Assembly (NCBI GenBank): GCA_021399345.1
Contig: JAAFKI010000112.1
Location: forward strand, 64,001 to 128,000
Source of the DNA: Candidatus Heimdallarchaeota archaeon
GTDB lineage: Archaea > Asgardarchaeota > Heimdallarchaeia > Heimdallarchaeales > Heimdallarchaeaceae
Reading direction: 5' to 3'
DNA: 64,000 bases
Shown here: positions 52,534 through 62,817 of the stretch, one piece after another
How the letters are laid out: each line of letters starts with the position of its first letter
Numbering within the stretch: the first letter of the stretch is position 1
The notes under the pieces: generated by a model
The model's database searches: none
Seen by the model: only the letters and a program-made list of their open reading frames with translations
What the model was told of the DNA's origin: nothing
Made by a program: the position numbers and the translations under genes

Positions 52534-53748
52534 ATGTTGAACGTAGATATTGAAACATGTATTGGCTGTAAAATATGTGAAAGAGTATGTCCATTTGCAG
52601 CAATAATTGTGGAACCAGAAACAAAAAAAGCTAAAGTACTTGAAGGATGCACACTTTGTGGAACATGTGTGGGAGCTTGTCCCGTAAATGCATTGAGTAT
52701 TGAGCGAAAAGCTGTATCAGAAGAAGAAATCGCATTATACAAAAACGTCTTTATCTGGGGAGAGTGGGAGAAAAAAGAAGGTAAAAAAGTCATTAAAAAT
52801 GTGGCTTTTGAACTACTTGGAAAAGGTAAGGAACTAACAGAAAAACTTGGTGAGTCCTTAGCTGTTGTTCTTCCTGGAAATGATGTTGGACATTTAGTAC
52901 CAGAACTTTTTCATCATGGGGCAGATAAAGTATATCTCTGTGAACATGAACTACTAGAAGATTATTCAACTGATGGATACACAAGCGTAATTGCAAGTGT
53001 TATCGCTTCTGAAAAGCCATCTATTGTTCTTTATGGAGCAACACCTAACGGTAGAGATTTAGCACCTAGAATCGCAGGAAGATTAGCTTTAGGCTTAACT
53101 GCTGATTGTACAGGTTTAGATATAAATGAATCAAGACAGTTAGTTCAAACCCGTCCAGCTTTTGGTGGAAATATTATGGCATCAATACTATCACCTTATA
53201 CCAGACCTCAAATGTCATCAGTTAGACCTAATGTGTTTCCTAAACCAGAGGCGGATGTATCCAAAACAGGAGTTCTTGAAGAAGTTGAGGTAACTCTTAA
53301 ACCAGTGAGTATAAGAACTAAAATCATAGAAGAAATCGTTTATCATGAAGAAAGCATCAATATAGAAGAAGCAAATATTTTGGTTTCTGCAGGTAGAGGC
53401 ATAGGTTCAAAGGATAATTTACAATATATAGAAGAACTAGCTGAAGCTGTAAATGGAACAGTATCTGGTTCAAGGCCACTAGTTGATTTAGGCTGGTTAC
53501 CGCATCCCCAACAAGTAGGACAATCTGGAAAAACTGTTGCCCCCACCTTATACATAGCGTTAGGAATTTCAGGTGCAGTACAACATCTTGTAGGCATGAC
53601 TTCTTCAGATACAATTGTTGCAATAAATAAAGATAAAGAAGCTCCAATCTTTGAGGTTGCAGATTTTGGAATTATTGGTGATATGTTTGAGATTATCCCA
53701 GAATTTGTGAAAATCATTAAAGAAGAACAAGCTAAAAAAGCAAACTAA
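52534..53748 (+). CDS. etfA: Electron transfer flavoprotein alpha subunit with an N-terminal 2x[4Fe-4S] ferredoxin domain
   Basis: CIGCKICERVCP and CTLCGTCVGACP, GLTADCT, RPAFGGN, QVGQSGKTV and GISGAVQH. Confidence 0.93.
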   Translation: MLNVDIETCIGCKICERVCPFAAIIVEPETKKAKVLEGCTLCGTCVGACPVNALSIERKAVSEEEIALYKNVFIWGEWEKKEGKKVIKNVAFELLGKGKELTEKLGESLAVVLPGNDVGHLVPELFHHGADKVYLCEHELLEDYSTDGYTSVIASVIASEKPSIVLYGATPNGRDLAPRIAGRLALGLTADCTGLDINESRQLVQTRPAFGGNIMASILSPYTRPQMSSVRPNVFPKPEADVSKTGVLEEVEVTLKPVSIRTKIIEEIVYHEESINIEEANILVSAGRGIGSKDNLQYIEELAEAVNGTVSGSRPLVDLGWLPHPQQVGQSGKTVAPTLYIALGISGAVQHLVGMTSSDTIVAINKDKEAPIFEVADFGIIGDMFEIIPEFVKIIKEEQAKKAN

Positions 53749-53773
53749 TGGTGGGTTGTTTTATTCCTAGAAT

Positions 53774-54853
53774 CTAAATTCTAGGATTTTTTTCATATCC
53801 CCACTTATCAATTGTTTTGTGCCAGATTGAGTAAATTTCTTGCTTATCTGTGATAGACATCTCATATTTGCTAGGTTGATATCCAGCAACTGATTCAAGA
53901 TATGGTTTAATTCTTTCTTTCAGAAGTTCATACCCTTCTAACCCTAAACCTGTATAGATTTTTTCTAATTCAGAATAAGGATTTTTGCTAAGTTGTTCAA
54001 ATTTCACTTCTACTAGATTACCTTTGGGGATTAACTTGATATACTCATAGTATTTTTCATACATCTCTACATGGGTCTCAAATATCAGCTGGCGTGCATC
54101 ATAATCTTGTTTTTGCATAGCATATATTCCAGCATTATGTTTGTGCAGCTTCAATGTAGAAAAGAAAAGATCATAGGGATCACGATAAATATGAATAAAC
54201 TTTGCATTAGGGAAGAGTTCTAGAAGAAGATTTATGCGACTAGTATCTGGTGGATTCTTCAGTATGAGCTGTTTGCCCTTTTCTTTTAATGTGAGTTTCT
54301 TAATCAAGTAAATAAACCAACTCTTCCATTCTTTCATATGCTTCTGTGGAACATTTTCTAGAGTAACATACTTTCTATAATAATTAATATTTTCAGGAAA
54401 TGCAAACATTATAATTGGAGAATGCATGGAAAGAAATAGTAAAGCAAATTCATGCTCGTGAGGCATTTCAGGAAACATACCAACTTTATCAGTTGGTCTT
54501 TCTTTTGGAATTAAGGGTTTCATAATTGCATGGATTAGTTTAGAATTACTTAAAAACAAATGAGGAAGACTTGTTTCTGTTAGAGTAATATAACCAAACT
54601 GCTCATCAAATGCTAACATTCTGTGTAAATGAGTAGTACCACTTCTCCAGTGACCTACAATAAAAATTGGATCTTTTGTTATTTCTGTATTCAGTATTTT
54701 TTTTCTATATTTGACACGTTCATAAATAATGAAAGGACTAAGGACAATATTAATTACAGTTATACCGAAAATCTTTGGTAAAAATTTTAGTTTTACGTTA
54801 AACTTATTGTCATATAATAACTTCAACCATTCCTTTAAACTAATCCCGATCAT
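53774..54853 (-). CDS. Sulfotransferase family protein
   Basis: PIFIVGHWRSGTTHL (PAPS loop), LKNP and FIHIYRDP. Confidence 0.9.
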   Translation of the reverse strand: MIGISLKEWLKLLYDNKFNVKLKFLPKIFGITVINIVLSPFIIYERVKYRKKILNTEITKDPIFIVGHWRSGTTHLHRMLAFDEQFGYITLTETSLPHLFLSNSKLIHAIMKPLIPKERPTDKVGMFPEMPHEHEFALLFLSMHSPIIMFAFPENINYYRKYVTLENVPQKHMKEWKSWFIYLIKKLTLKEKGKQLILKNPPDTSRINLLLELFPNAKFIHIYRDPYDLFFSTLKLHKHNAGIYAMQKQDYDARQLIFETHVEMYEKYYEYIKLIPKGNLVEVKFEQLSKNPYSELEKIYTGLGLEGYELLKERIKPYLESVAGYQPSKYEMSITDKQEIYSIWHKTIDKWGYEKNPRI

Positions 54854-54928
54854 CAGAACCCTCTTGATACATTTTAATTTAATAGTATTTAATAAGAGTT
54901 TTATTGCAACACTAATTTAATAGGTGGT

Positions 54929-56671
54929 CTATGCAGTTTGATTAAATTTGTAGACAAACGCTATTTCATTTATTGAATGGTTAAGAACATAATTATATTC
55001 AATAAGAGCATCAACGATATAGGGAGTTGCAGCTATTTGGTAGATGGAAAAGATGACATAGTTAAACGTTTCATTTTCTTTCGCGTAATCTCTTATAATT
55101 ATCCTAATTCGAAATGATTCCCAAAAATTAACAAGTTCATCTAGTGGAATGTCTTTGTGGAGGTAAAAATAAGAATTCATTAATGATCCTTGAGTAAACA
55201 ATAGAACACCATTAGAATCGTCAATTTGCCCCACATACCATAGACTTCTCGCTAATGAATCATAAGCTTTCCAATCATACATCTGTGATCCCTGATACGA
55301 GGATATTGCTCCACCTGACACAATTAACAGCAAAACAAGTGTTAAAAATGTAATATTAAATATTCTACTGATTTTTGCTGATTCTGTTTTTCTGGTTATT
55401 TTTGTAAAGAGTTTTGTGCTATAAGCACATATCTTGGGAGAAAATACTTGAAAAAATAATGAAAGGGAAATTACTAAACTTACATGTAAGTAAATGAAAC
55501 CTAGATAAACGAAACGGAATTCCTTATGGCTAGGGATTGAAAAAAGAGCTATGATAATCATTGAAGCAGCAGGAAAACCACATATATTTCGGAGTAAAAT
55601 CCAATTCTTCTCTTTGTATTTGATATACTTGCAAGCTGCATAAACTAGTGTACACAACACTACTAAAGCGCAAAAGACTAGAAAGATTATCAATGGGATA
55701 TAACTAAATAAACTATCTAGATAGAAGGTTACTGGTTGAACGCCATGTGTTGCACTCAAACCCTCTAATACATTATATCTGAACCATTGAATAGGTGAAA
55801 TGAGAAAATCTCCATAAGTTATAAAATCAACCAATCCACCAAAAAGTGCAGCTAAACCCAAACCAAGAAAATTACATGCTATTACTTTTATTTTCTTATA
55901 AGGAAACTTGAAAACAAGTGTAGCTATCAAACCAATGATAAAATCAATTCGAATGTAGATTATTAAACCAATAAAGAATGAAAGTACAATGATTTTCAGA
56001 TAAGATCTAAAGGATCTACTCATTTTGAGTTTTCTTTGACTTTCGTCTCCATTCTCCTTCTGAAGGTTTTCCAATGTTTTCCAGAATGAGTTTATTATAA
56101 AGAAAAACCAAGGTAAAAAGAAAATGTTTGACACAGATCTAAAGGAAGTAAACATAAGAAGGGGAGAAAAAGTAATAATAAGCGCAGATGCACCAGCGAA
56201 AGCTTTCTTTCCTTTAGTGTATCTTTTTACAAGTACATAAGTGGACGGTGCAAGTAAAGAACCGTTGATTCCAAGTAGAATCCGGATAAGCGGTATCGTA
56301 AAACGCCAATAATTCCACCCGAACAGCTTACCCAAGTACATAGGAATAGTGAAAATTATAGGAAACAGAAACGATCGAGACTTTGCATAACTCGGAATAT
56401 CTGGGTTTGATTCCTGAAATTCAGGGGGAATTGTTCCGTAACCATATACAATATCATGTGCTATTTCTAAACTCTGGAAAATTTCGTCTGGGTGAATTGT
56501 CCCCCAAGTACTGAGAGAAAAAGAAATCTGCATTGCAGCTGAAATAATAGTCAAAAGAAGTACAAAACTCAATTCCCTTCTGCTTAAAAAAAATCTGAAA
56601 ACTCTTTTTTCTAATCCATGAAGAGATACAAAAGCCTGCTTGAACAGCTTTTTTCTCTTTTCTTGACCCAT
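54929..56671 (-). CDS. GT22 (Alg9/PIG-B-like) lipid-phosphate-mannose-dependent mannosyltransferase
   Basis: HPDEIFQSLEIAH and SHKEFRF motifs; polytopic membrane protein. Confidence 0.8.
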   Translation of the reverse strand: MGQEKRKKLFKQAFVSLHGLEKRVFRFFLSRRELSFVLLLTIISAAMQISFSLSTWGTIHPDEIFQSLEIAHDIVYGYGTIPPEFQESNPDIPSYAKSRSFLFPIIFTIPMYLGKLFGWNYWRFTIPLIRILLGINGSLLAPSTYVLVKRYTKGKKAFAGASALIITFSPLLMFTSFRSVSNIFFLPWFFFIINSFWKTLENLQKENGDESQRKLKMSRSFRSYLKIIVLSFFIGLIIYIRIDFIIGLIATLVFKFPYKKIKVIACNFLGLGLAALFGGLVDFITYGDFLISPIQWFRYNVLEGLSATHGVQPVTFYLDSLFSYIPLIIFLVFCALVVLCTLVYAACKYIKYKEKNWILLRNICGFPAASMIIIALFSIPSHKEFRFVYLGFIYLHVSLVISLSLFFQVFSPKICAYSTKLFTKITRKTESAKISRIFNITFLTLVLLLIVSGGAISSYQGSQMYDWKAYDSLARSLWYVGQIDDSNGVLLFTQGSLMNSYFYLHKDIPLDELVNFWESFRIRIIIRDYAKENETFNYVIFSIYQIAATPYIVDALIEYNYVLNHSINEIAFVYKFNQTA

Positions 56672-56853
56672 TCTTTCACCTCAAAAGTTGTTTATCTATA
56701 ATAGGATGGAAATTGCTTTTCTTTTATTTAGTTTATTTGTAATTTAATAAGGATTCGGGAAAATCGTGTGATAAATCTCCAAAAGTTTATATCTCGGAAA
56801 AAGCTTCTTTAGAATTAAATAAATCGAGTTTTCGGTTATTTGGTGAAAAGAAT

Positions 56854-57762
56854 ATGAAAAAAATAAAATTTAAACTAACCATTGTGATGGTTTTAGGAAT
56901 ATTAGTTTTAACTAGTGTTTCTAAAACAAATACAGTTAAAGGACAAGAGTATGCCTATCCTTCAGAGCTGACTATTGGAGCTTCTTATGAATGGGAAGTT
57001 ACAGAACTAATTCAGTTGGGAACAGTAAGCACACTTTTTCTTACTTACGGAGATGATACGCTAGAACAAGGAGACAAATTCTCTGTAATACTATTAGACA
57101 ATATTAATAATGTTACAAACGGAACCCCATCAGAGTTACTAAATCCGGCTAATATTTGGGGAGAATTTTATCTTAATGATGAATTTAAAACCAATATAAC
57201 AAGCGAGATTGGATTGCTGGATCTTAATTGGATAGGACTGATGACTATAGGTATGGATGAGTTCTTCTTACAACCAACAACATATGAAAATGTAACTGGA
57301 GTTTACAATTATTTTGAAATTCTAAATGAAAATTTCCCACATGCAGTTGCAACAGCAGAAGAAGAAATAGAATACCACGGATTTTATGGATACAATAATA
57401 TAAAAGTTACTCAATCATCCAAGCTAAGTTCAAAAACATGGACTATAAAACTTCAAATCGAAGAATTAGAAATCGTGGACGACTTACTCGATTCTGTGAA
57501 TTGGGAAAAAACTATTGAGACAACTTCAAGAAATGTTGAAATAAGATTCAATATTGGAACAGGCTTACTAACCTACTTAGATTATGATTATGCTTGGCAT
57601 CGTGAAAGAACTGTTGAAGGATCGGTAGATATTGATGATAACTCAATTAATCTTCTCATCGAAAGTACAACCCTTCCTACAGGTGCACCTTTTGATTGGG
57701 CATATTCTGTTATTGGTTTGGCTCTTGTAAGTGTGATTATTTATAAACGAAAAAGAAGATAA
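56854..57762 (+). CDS. Secreted/surface protein with a PxxW-TM-basic tail; paralog of 16417-17217
   Basis: Signal peptide; shared G..x.WE.T, L..GD.F and FYLND; ends APFDWAYSVIGLALVSVIIYKRKRR. Confidence 0.75.
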   Translation: MKKIKFKLTIVMVLGILVLTSVSKTNTVKGQEYAYPSELTIGASYEWEVTELIQLGTVSTLFLTYGDDTLEQGDKFSVILLDNINNVTNGTPSELLNPANIWGEFYLNDEFKTNITSEIGLLDLNWIGLMTIGMDEFFLQPTTYENVTGVYNYFEILNENFPHAVATAEEEIEYHGFYGYNNIKVTQSSKLSSKTWTIKLQIEELEIVDDLLDSVNWEKTIETTSRNVEIRFNIGTGLLTYLDYDYAWHRERTVEGSVDIDDNSINLLIESTTLPTGAPFDWAYSVIGLALVSVIIYKRKRR

Positions 57763-57810
57763 TTTCTTCTTTTTAACTACTTTTTTAAATTCTGAATTCT
57801 TCTAGTAAAT

Positions 57811-58449
57811 GTGATAAAAAGTAAAATTACAATTAGTTCAGAAGATTATTACTCTTGTGAATTAACAAAGAAAATTCCTGTTAGAGTGTCGATTCTCGCA
57901 ATCAATGGTGAAGAGGGATTAGGCTTTTATGAGGCTGTGGATAATAAAACTGATTCTTTAGACAGATATGTTGAACAAATGAGAAAATCAACACAGGTTG
58001 TTAATTTAAAAATTACTCATAAGTCCCCATCTAGATATTGGACTAGAGTGACTCATAAACTAGATTTTCCTTCCATTCATGAAACCATTTTGGAAAGTGG
58101 AAGTATGACAATTCTTCCAATCGTTATTGAAAATGGAGTACAGTATCATAATATTCTTTCTCCTACACCTGATGCCTTTAGAAAACTATTGAAACAGCTC
58201 AAAGAGAGATTTTCCACAATCAATCTGAGGGCGCTTTCGTCAAAACCTACCGATACACTACAAGAGCTGTTAACAGATAAGCAATATGAAGCGATTGCAC
58301 TTGCTTTTCAAAAGGGGTACTATGAAATCCCAAGGAAATGTACTTTGGAGGAACTAGCTCCTATACTAGGCATAAAACGGGTGGCTTTACAAGAGAGAAT
58401 AAGAAGAGCTGAACAAAGGATTGTGGAAAATCAGCTTGTTTACTCTTGA
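57811..58449 (+). CDS. HTH-10 (bacterio-opsin activator-type) transcriptional regulator
   Basis: LTDKQYEAIALAFQKGYYEIPRKCTLEELA..LGI...ERIRRAE. Confidence 0.9.
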   Translation: MIKSKITISSEDYYSCELTKKIPVRVSILAINGEEGLGFYEAVDNKTDSLDRYVEQMRKSTQVVNLKITHKSPSRYWTRVTHKLDFPSIHETILESGSMTILPIVIENGVQYHNILSPTPDAFRKLLKQLKERFSTINLRALSSKPTDTLQELLTDKQYEAIALAFQKGYYEIPRKCTLEELAPILGIKRVALQERIRRAEQRIVENQLVYS

Positions 58450-59474
58450 ACAACAATAATCGTTTCGTCCTTTTTCGTTTTAAATAAAGGTAAAATTAAT
58501 CCAGAAATAGCTACTATAACTAATCCAATCCACTGGATTCCTGAAGGTCTCTCGGCGAGAAAAATCACTGCCAGTATTGTTATTTGAAACAACATAGTAT
58601 TATTGATAATTGAGATTTCAACAGCTCTCAGTTTCTGCATAGCATGGTTCCAAAGAGTAAAAGCTAAAGCAGTATTTACAATGCTTAACCAGAGTATATA
58701 TCCTACGGAGACAGGGGATAGTTTAGGTATTCCTTCTACAATAAGACCAGAAATTAGTAAAATCACAGATCCTATAAACATGCTAACTGAAGTGATAACA
58801 ACTGAACTTACTTCTTTAGATTGGTTTATTGATCTTCCAATAATTGCTGAAAACGCATTTGCTAAAACCCCCACAATGACAATTATAAGTCCTAAAATAC
58901 GCAAATTAAGTGGAATTGAACCAGAAGAGGATATGAAAAGTTGCATATATCCTGAGACTATGTTAAATTGAGTACTGATTAATTCAGGACTTAGAAGAAA
59001 GTAAAGTAAAGCTCCTCCCAAAGCAACAATAACTAATAGAAATTGTACCGCGTTTGACTTCTCCTTTAGTAGTGTGTTCGCAAAAAAGAGGACAATAATG
59101 GGAGTAAAACTAAGTAAGAGACTTACAGTGATTGCAGGAAGATACTGTAAACCAAGAAATTGTGCACCTTGAGTTATAGAATAAAAAATAACCCCATAAA
59201 ATACTAGTTTTGACCACCATCTCACTGATAGATTCTTAATTTCATGTCTATATTTTGAAAAAGAAAATACATAGATAAGAAGGATAGCTGAAGCAACAAA
59301 ATATCTCATCCCCGCAAAAATTAGTGGGGGAATCTCCTCAAGACCGAATTTTATTATTGGCCAAGATGATGACCACAGGATTGTAACAAAAAACGCTTGA
59401 AAAACGGTAAATCCCCGCTTATTTGTCAATCTAGATATTCGATGCATACTTGTTTCACACCTATCCACAAACAA
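58440..59474 (-). CDS. DMT/EamA family transporter
   Basis: ILWSSSWPIIK...PPLIFAGMRY; two EamA repeats. Confidence 0.9.
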   Translation of the reverse strand: MFVDRCETSMHRISRLTNKRGFTVFQAFFVTILWSSSWPIIKFGLEEIPPLIFAGMRYFVASAILLIYVFSFSKYRHEIKNLSVRWWSKLVFYGVIFYSITQGAQFLGLQYLPAITVSLLLSFTPIIVLFFANTLLKEKSNAVQFLLVIVALGGALLYFLLSPELISTQFNIVSGYMQLFISSSGSIPLNLRILGLIIVIVGVLANAFSAIIGRSINQSKEVSSVVITSVSMFIGSVILLISGLIVEGIPKLSPVSVGYILWLSIVNTALAFTLWNHAMQKLRAVEISIINNTMLFQITILAVIFLAERPSGIQWIGLVIVAISGLILPLFKTKKDETIIVVQE

Positions 59475-59502
59475 TTAAGAGATTACAACTAAATTAAATT
59501 TT

Positions 59503-59520
59503 TCCCGTCATAAGACGGGA
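59503..59520. promoter_or_regulatory. Perfect GC-rich palindrome upstream of the EamA promoter
   Basis: TCCCGTC-ATAA-GACGGGA. Confidence 0.5.
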
Positions 59521-59590
59521 GTACAAAAAGAATGAAAAAGGAAAAGGATAAGAAAAAAAGAAAAACAAAGACCCCAGATCTAAAGGAAGA

Positions 59591-60019
59591 TTAGGGAATG
59601 TATCTGAGAGTTTCAAGAAAATCTATAACTCCAGGAGCGCCTTTTTTGATTCCAAATACTCTAAAGGATTCGACAGTTTCCTTAACAAGGTCTACATCAA
59701 TATCCCGTGCAAATCTACAAGCACCAATAGCAAAAATCTTCATTTTTGTTCCAGCTTGAAGATGCTTTTCAAGAGTAGGTCTAGTAATATTTGCAGCTCC
59801 AATTACAAAAAAAGAACCAGATACGCTGGATGTTTCTTTTGTTACTGTTTCAAATGTAAAGGAATTCTTTTCAATCTCCTGTTTGATTGCTGTTCGGATG
59901 AACTCAGTTCGAGTGTTGTAAAAACCTTGATCTACTAGGTAATCAATCTTTCCCAAATCTACAGCGGGAAGGTTTATAGTTATCTTTTCATAGTTTTTTT
60001 CTGCTTTTTTGTCAGACAT
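59591..60019 (-). CDS. CopG/MetJ ribbon-helix-helix transcriptional regulator
   Basis: EKITINLPAVDLGKIDYLVDQGFYNTRTEFIRTAIKQEI. Confidence 0.88.
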   Translation of the reverse strand: MSDKKAEKNYEKITINLPAVDLGKIDYLVDQGFYNTRTEFIRTAIKQEIEKNSFTFETVTKETSSVSGSFFVIGAANITRPTLEKHLQAGTKMKIFAIGACRFARDIDVDLVKETVESFRVFGIKKGAPGVIDFLETLRYIP

Positions 60020-60043
60020 AAATACCACCAAAGGATGTTCGAT

Positions 60044-60061
60044 ACCATCCGTGTGGATGGT
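60044..60061. promoter_or_regulatory. Putative autoregulatory operator of the RHH gene
   Basis: ACCATCC-GTGT-GGATGGT directly downstream of the minus-strand TATA (TTATAAATA). Confidence 0.65.
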
Positions 60062-60276
60062 TATTTATAAGTATTTTGATGTACGATTTCGGAAAAAGGG
60101 AGCAGATTTTTCAAAAACGAAGCGTGTAATATGGTTAAATTCTTTGTTACTTTACTTCCGTATGGTTTTGTTTTTTATCAGAGATTATTTCTTCTTCAAA
60201 GTAGCAATAATCTATTTAGTTCGAATATTATAGAAGATAAGCCTTTTATTTAAGCTTAACCTTCACAGTATCACGA

Positions 60277-61212
60277 ATGCAAGAAGACATAGAAGCGGTT
60301 CTGGAAAGGCAAACAGTCTTAGGTAAATTTCTCGATAGGTTAAACTATCGAACACTCCGCTACATATATACATTGATGAATAGAATGTTATCCTCTATTG
60401 ATCGTTTTCTAAGTTCAAATGAAGATAGCATTTATACATTAAGAACAACCCTTTTGTCTTCAATGTCCATGCTTGCACGAACATTTTATCAAAGCTCATT
60501 AGTTGATTATCTTCGTTCAGGAGGTAGAACAGCTACAGAATTTGAAGAAGAGGTAGAACGAGCTTATTTGAAAGGCATGAATGAACGTGAGATGATAGTT
60601 CAAAAAATTGAAAATACGCTAGTTAGAGGCGGGGAACTACTAGAATTAAAAGAGATTGTCAACAAAACTTGGCAGGATATTTATTACAGGACTTCACCAG
60701 AATCCTCAGCGGAGGAAAATCTTCGAAATAACCTATCCTTAGTAATGGAGAAACAAGATGAATATATAACACTGCATAAATCAAATGTAACAAGAATAGA
60801 AAGTCAAGAAGTACAAAAAGATTTGATAAAACAAATAACAGATTTATCATACCAGGCAATTGACCTTGGGGACAAAGCACAAATGACTTTACATGAATTG
60901 CTTGATATCTGTATATTACCGCTAGTATCAATCTATGATGATGAATCCTTGAGCGCAGAAAAAATCTTATCTCAAATTCAGATGCTTGAAACAAAATCCA
61001 AGGATGTTCTAAGTGAGGATGAAATAGGAAAGTTGTGTGATGTTCTTTCTTGGGGATTAGATGATATCAGCAGTTTTGATGATCTAATCAATCTGGGGAA
61101 AGAATTAAGAAATGAATATGCGGCTTTGCTTTCGGAATTTCTGGTATATTTGGTTGATATTGATCTGGGCATTCAAGAGCTTGAATCTTTTATTTTAGAG
61201 AGTGCTGAATAG
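60277..61212 (+). CDS. Hypothetical alpha-helical protein
   Basis: 311-aa ORF with no recognised motif. Confidence 0.7.
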   Translation: MQEDIEAVLERQTVLGKFLDRLNYRTLRYIYTLMNRMLSSIDRFLSSNEDSIYTLRTTLLSSMSMLARTFYQSSLVDYLRSGGRTATEFEEEVERAYLKGMNEREMIVQKIENTLVRGGELLELKEIVNKTWQDIYYRTSPESSAEENLRNNLSLVMEKQDEYITLHKSNVTRIESQEVQKDLIKQITDLSYQAIDLGDKAQMTLHELLDICILPLVSIYDDESLSAEKILSQIQMLETKSKDVLSEDEIGKLCDVLSWGLDDISSFDDLINLGKELRNEYAALLSEFLVYLVDIDLGIQELESFILESAE

Positions 61213-61261
61213 CAGATGAAAGAAAGAAGGATTTTTATTAAAATCGAAGAACCATAAACTA

Positions 61262-61756
61262 ATGACTTATAATTTATTTCTAAATAGGGATTACTTAACT
61301 TTCTCTTGTGCACATTTTGTAATTGGAGAAAACTTCTATGAACCGCTTCATGGACATAATTATAAGATTTTAATCAATGTTTATGGAACACAAGGAAAAG
61401 ATAACATGGTCATTGATTTCCATGACATTAAAAAAATCTTGAAACCTTTTGTTGATTCTCTGGATCACTATGTTCTTGTACCATCTAATAACAAGTTTCT
61501 AGAAATTACAGAAAAAGATGAACAAGTGATAATCAAAATCCCTCACCTCGATAAAGAATATGAACTTCCTAAATCAGATGTTGTTTTACTCCCTATTGAA
61601 AACACAACTGTAGAAGAGATGAGCCATTATTTTGTTAAACTCCTAGCACAAAGTGAGGAAATTAAAAGAGAAAACATAAGCCAAGTTACAGTTACTGTTT
61701 ATGAGTATGAAGGGCAAGGAGTAACAACTGAATTATTCCCAGTTCATGAGGATTAA
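61262..61756 (+). CDS. queD: 6-carboxytetrahydropterin synthase / PTPS family
   Basis: FSCAHF, LHGHNY, VIDF, LDH, TTVEE and VYE. Confidence 0.82.
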   Translation: MTYNLFLNRDYLTFSCAHFVIGENFYEPLHGHNYKILINVYGTQGKDNMVIDFHDIKKILKPFVDSLDHYVLVPSNNKFLEITEKDEQVIIKIPHLDKEYELPKSDVVLLPIENTTVEEMSHYFVKLLAQSEEIKRENISQVTVTVYEYEGQGVTTELFPVHED

Positions 61757-61757
61757 T

Positions 61758-62519
61758 CTATTTTTTAACTAAAAAAATATCTTGACCAGTGTTAGAACAC
61801 CAATTGATAATTGACTTAGCAATAGTAAATTTTTTCAGTTTTCGTTCTTTGGCTTCTTTGTTCAATTCCGACATTTTAGAATACTTACCTATTTTTGTCC
61901 CAAAATCAAACCCAATTAAGCCAATTTTTGATGCCGACATAAGAGTAGATAAACAAATTATTCTGTCCCCATCAGTAAATCCAAAGAAGTTGAATGAACC
62001 AGGTAAAGGAGTTGTCTGTGTGGAAATTATGAAAGACCCTTTAGAAATTTGAGTAATATTGGCTTTAACGGTGTCTAAGTTATCTCCATGTACATGAACA
62101 ATAGGTATAGATCCTTTAAGTTGAGCAGTTAGTTGATCACCAATTGCCCCATCTAAATCAGTAACTATGAAATTTGGGATAATTCCTTGGGAAATAAGAA
62201 AGGAAGTAGCCCCATCAGCTGATATTAAGATATCTGAAGCCTTAGCATGGTTTTCGAGATATTCCGAAAAGTCTTCTTCTAAATGGATACCAGGAGCAAT
62301 TGCATAAACCAATTTTTCTTCAAGCATGTTTCGCAATTTAATTTCAGAATAATTACTTGGATGGAATCGTATAATTTGTTGAAGGGATTTTAGGTCTTCA
62401 TTATCATCAATATCTAGAAATTCGCAAATCTTTGGATACCAATGTTCATTCCATATTTGTAAAGAAAATTTAAGTTTCTCCAGTTCATTGAAAGAAGATT
62501 TAACTGTGTCAAAAATCAT
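61758..62519 (-). CDS. mptE: 6-hydroxymethylpterin pyrophosphokinase, MptE-like
   Basis: SADGAT, VTDLDG, HVHGDN, NFFGFTDGDR and GFDFG. Confidence 0.85.
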   Translation of the reverse strand: MIFDTVKSSFNELEKLKFSLQIWNEHWYPKICEFLDIDDNEDLKSLQQIIRFHPSNYSEIKLRNMLEEKLVYAIAPGIHLEEDFSEYLENHAKASDILISADGATSFLISQGIIPNFIVTDLDGAIGDQLTAQLKGSIPIVHVHGDNLDTVKANITQISKGSFIISTQTTPLPGSFNFFGFTDGDRIICLSTLMSASKIGLIGFDFGTKIGKYSKMSELNKEAKERKLKKFTIAKSIINWCSNTGQDIFLVKK

Positions 62520-62817
62520 TTAAATCCCCTTCATCACTTTCTAATTCTTCTATAGTAAATGACCTTCTACTGTGTATACGAGTAAGCTCTGATTCATAGC
62601 GTGCTTCAATATCTCTAAATGTTAGGAAACCAACAATTGTCTTTTGATCCGTTCTATCAACAACTGGAAGACATTCTATTCTATGAGTAGTTAATCGATC
62701 AAAAACTACCGTAAGTGTTTCATCAGGATATGCTACAATGACTTCAGATGTCATACATTCACCAACAGTACTCTTACCTTTTGAGAAACCTTTCTCTGTT
62801 TTTTCCTTCTCTGTCAC
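62509..62817 (-). CDS. Single CBS-domain protein
   Basis: VGECMTSEVIVAYPDETL...LPVVD...VGFLTFRDI. Confidence 0.8.
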   Translation of the reverse strand: MTEKEKTEKGFSKGKSTVGECMTSEVIVAYPDETLTVVFDRLTTHRIECLPVVDRTDQKTIVGFLTFRDIEARYESELTRIHSRRSFTIEELESDEGDLNDF

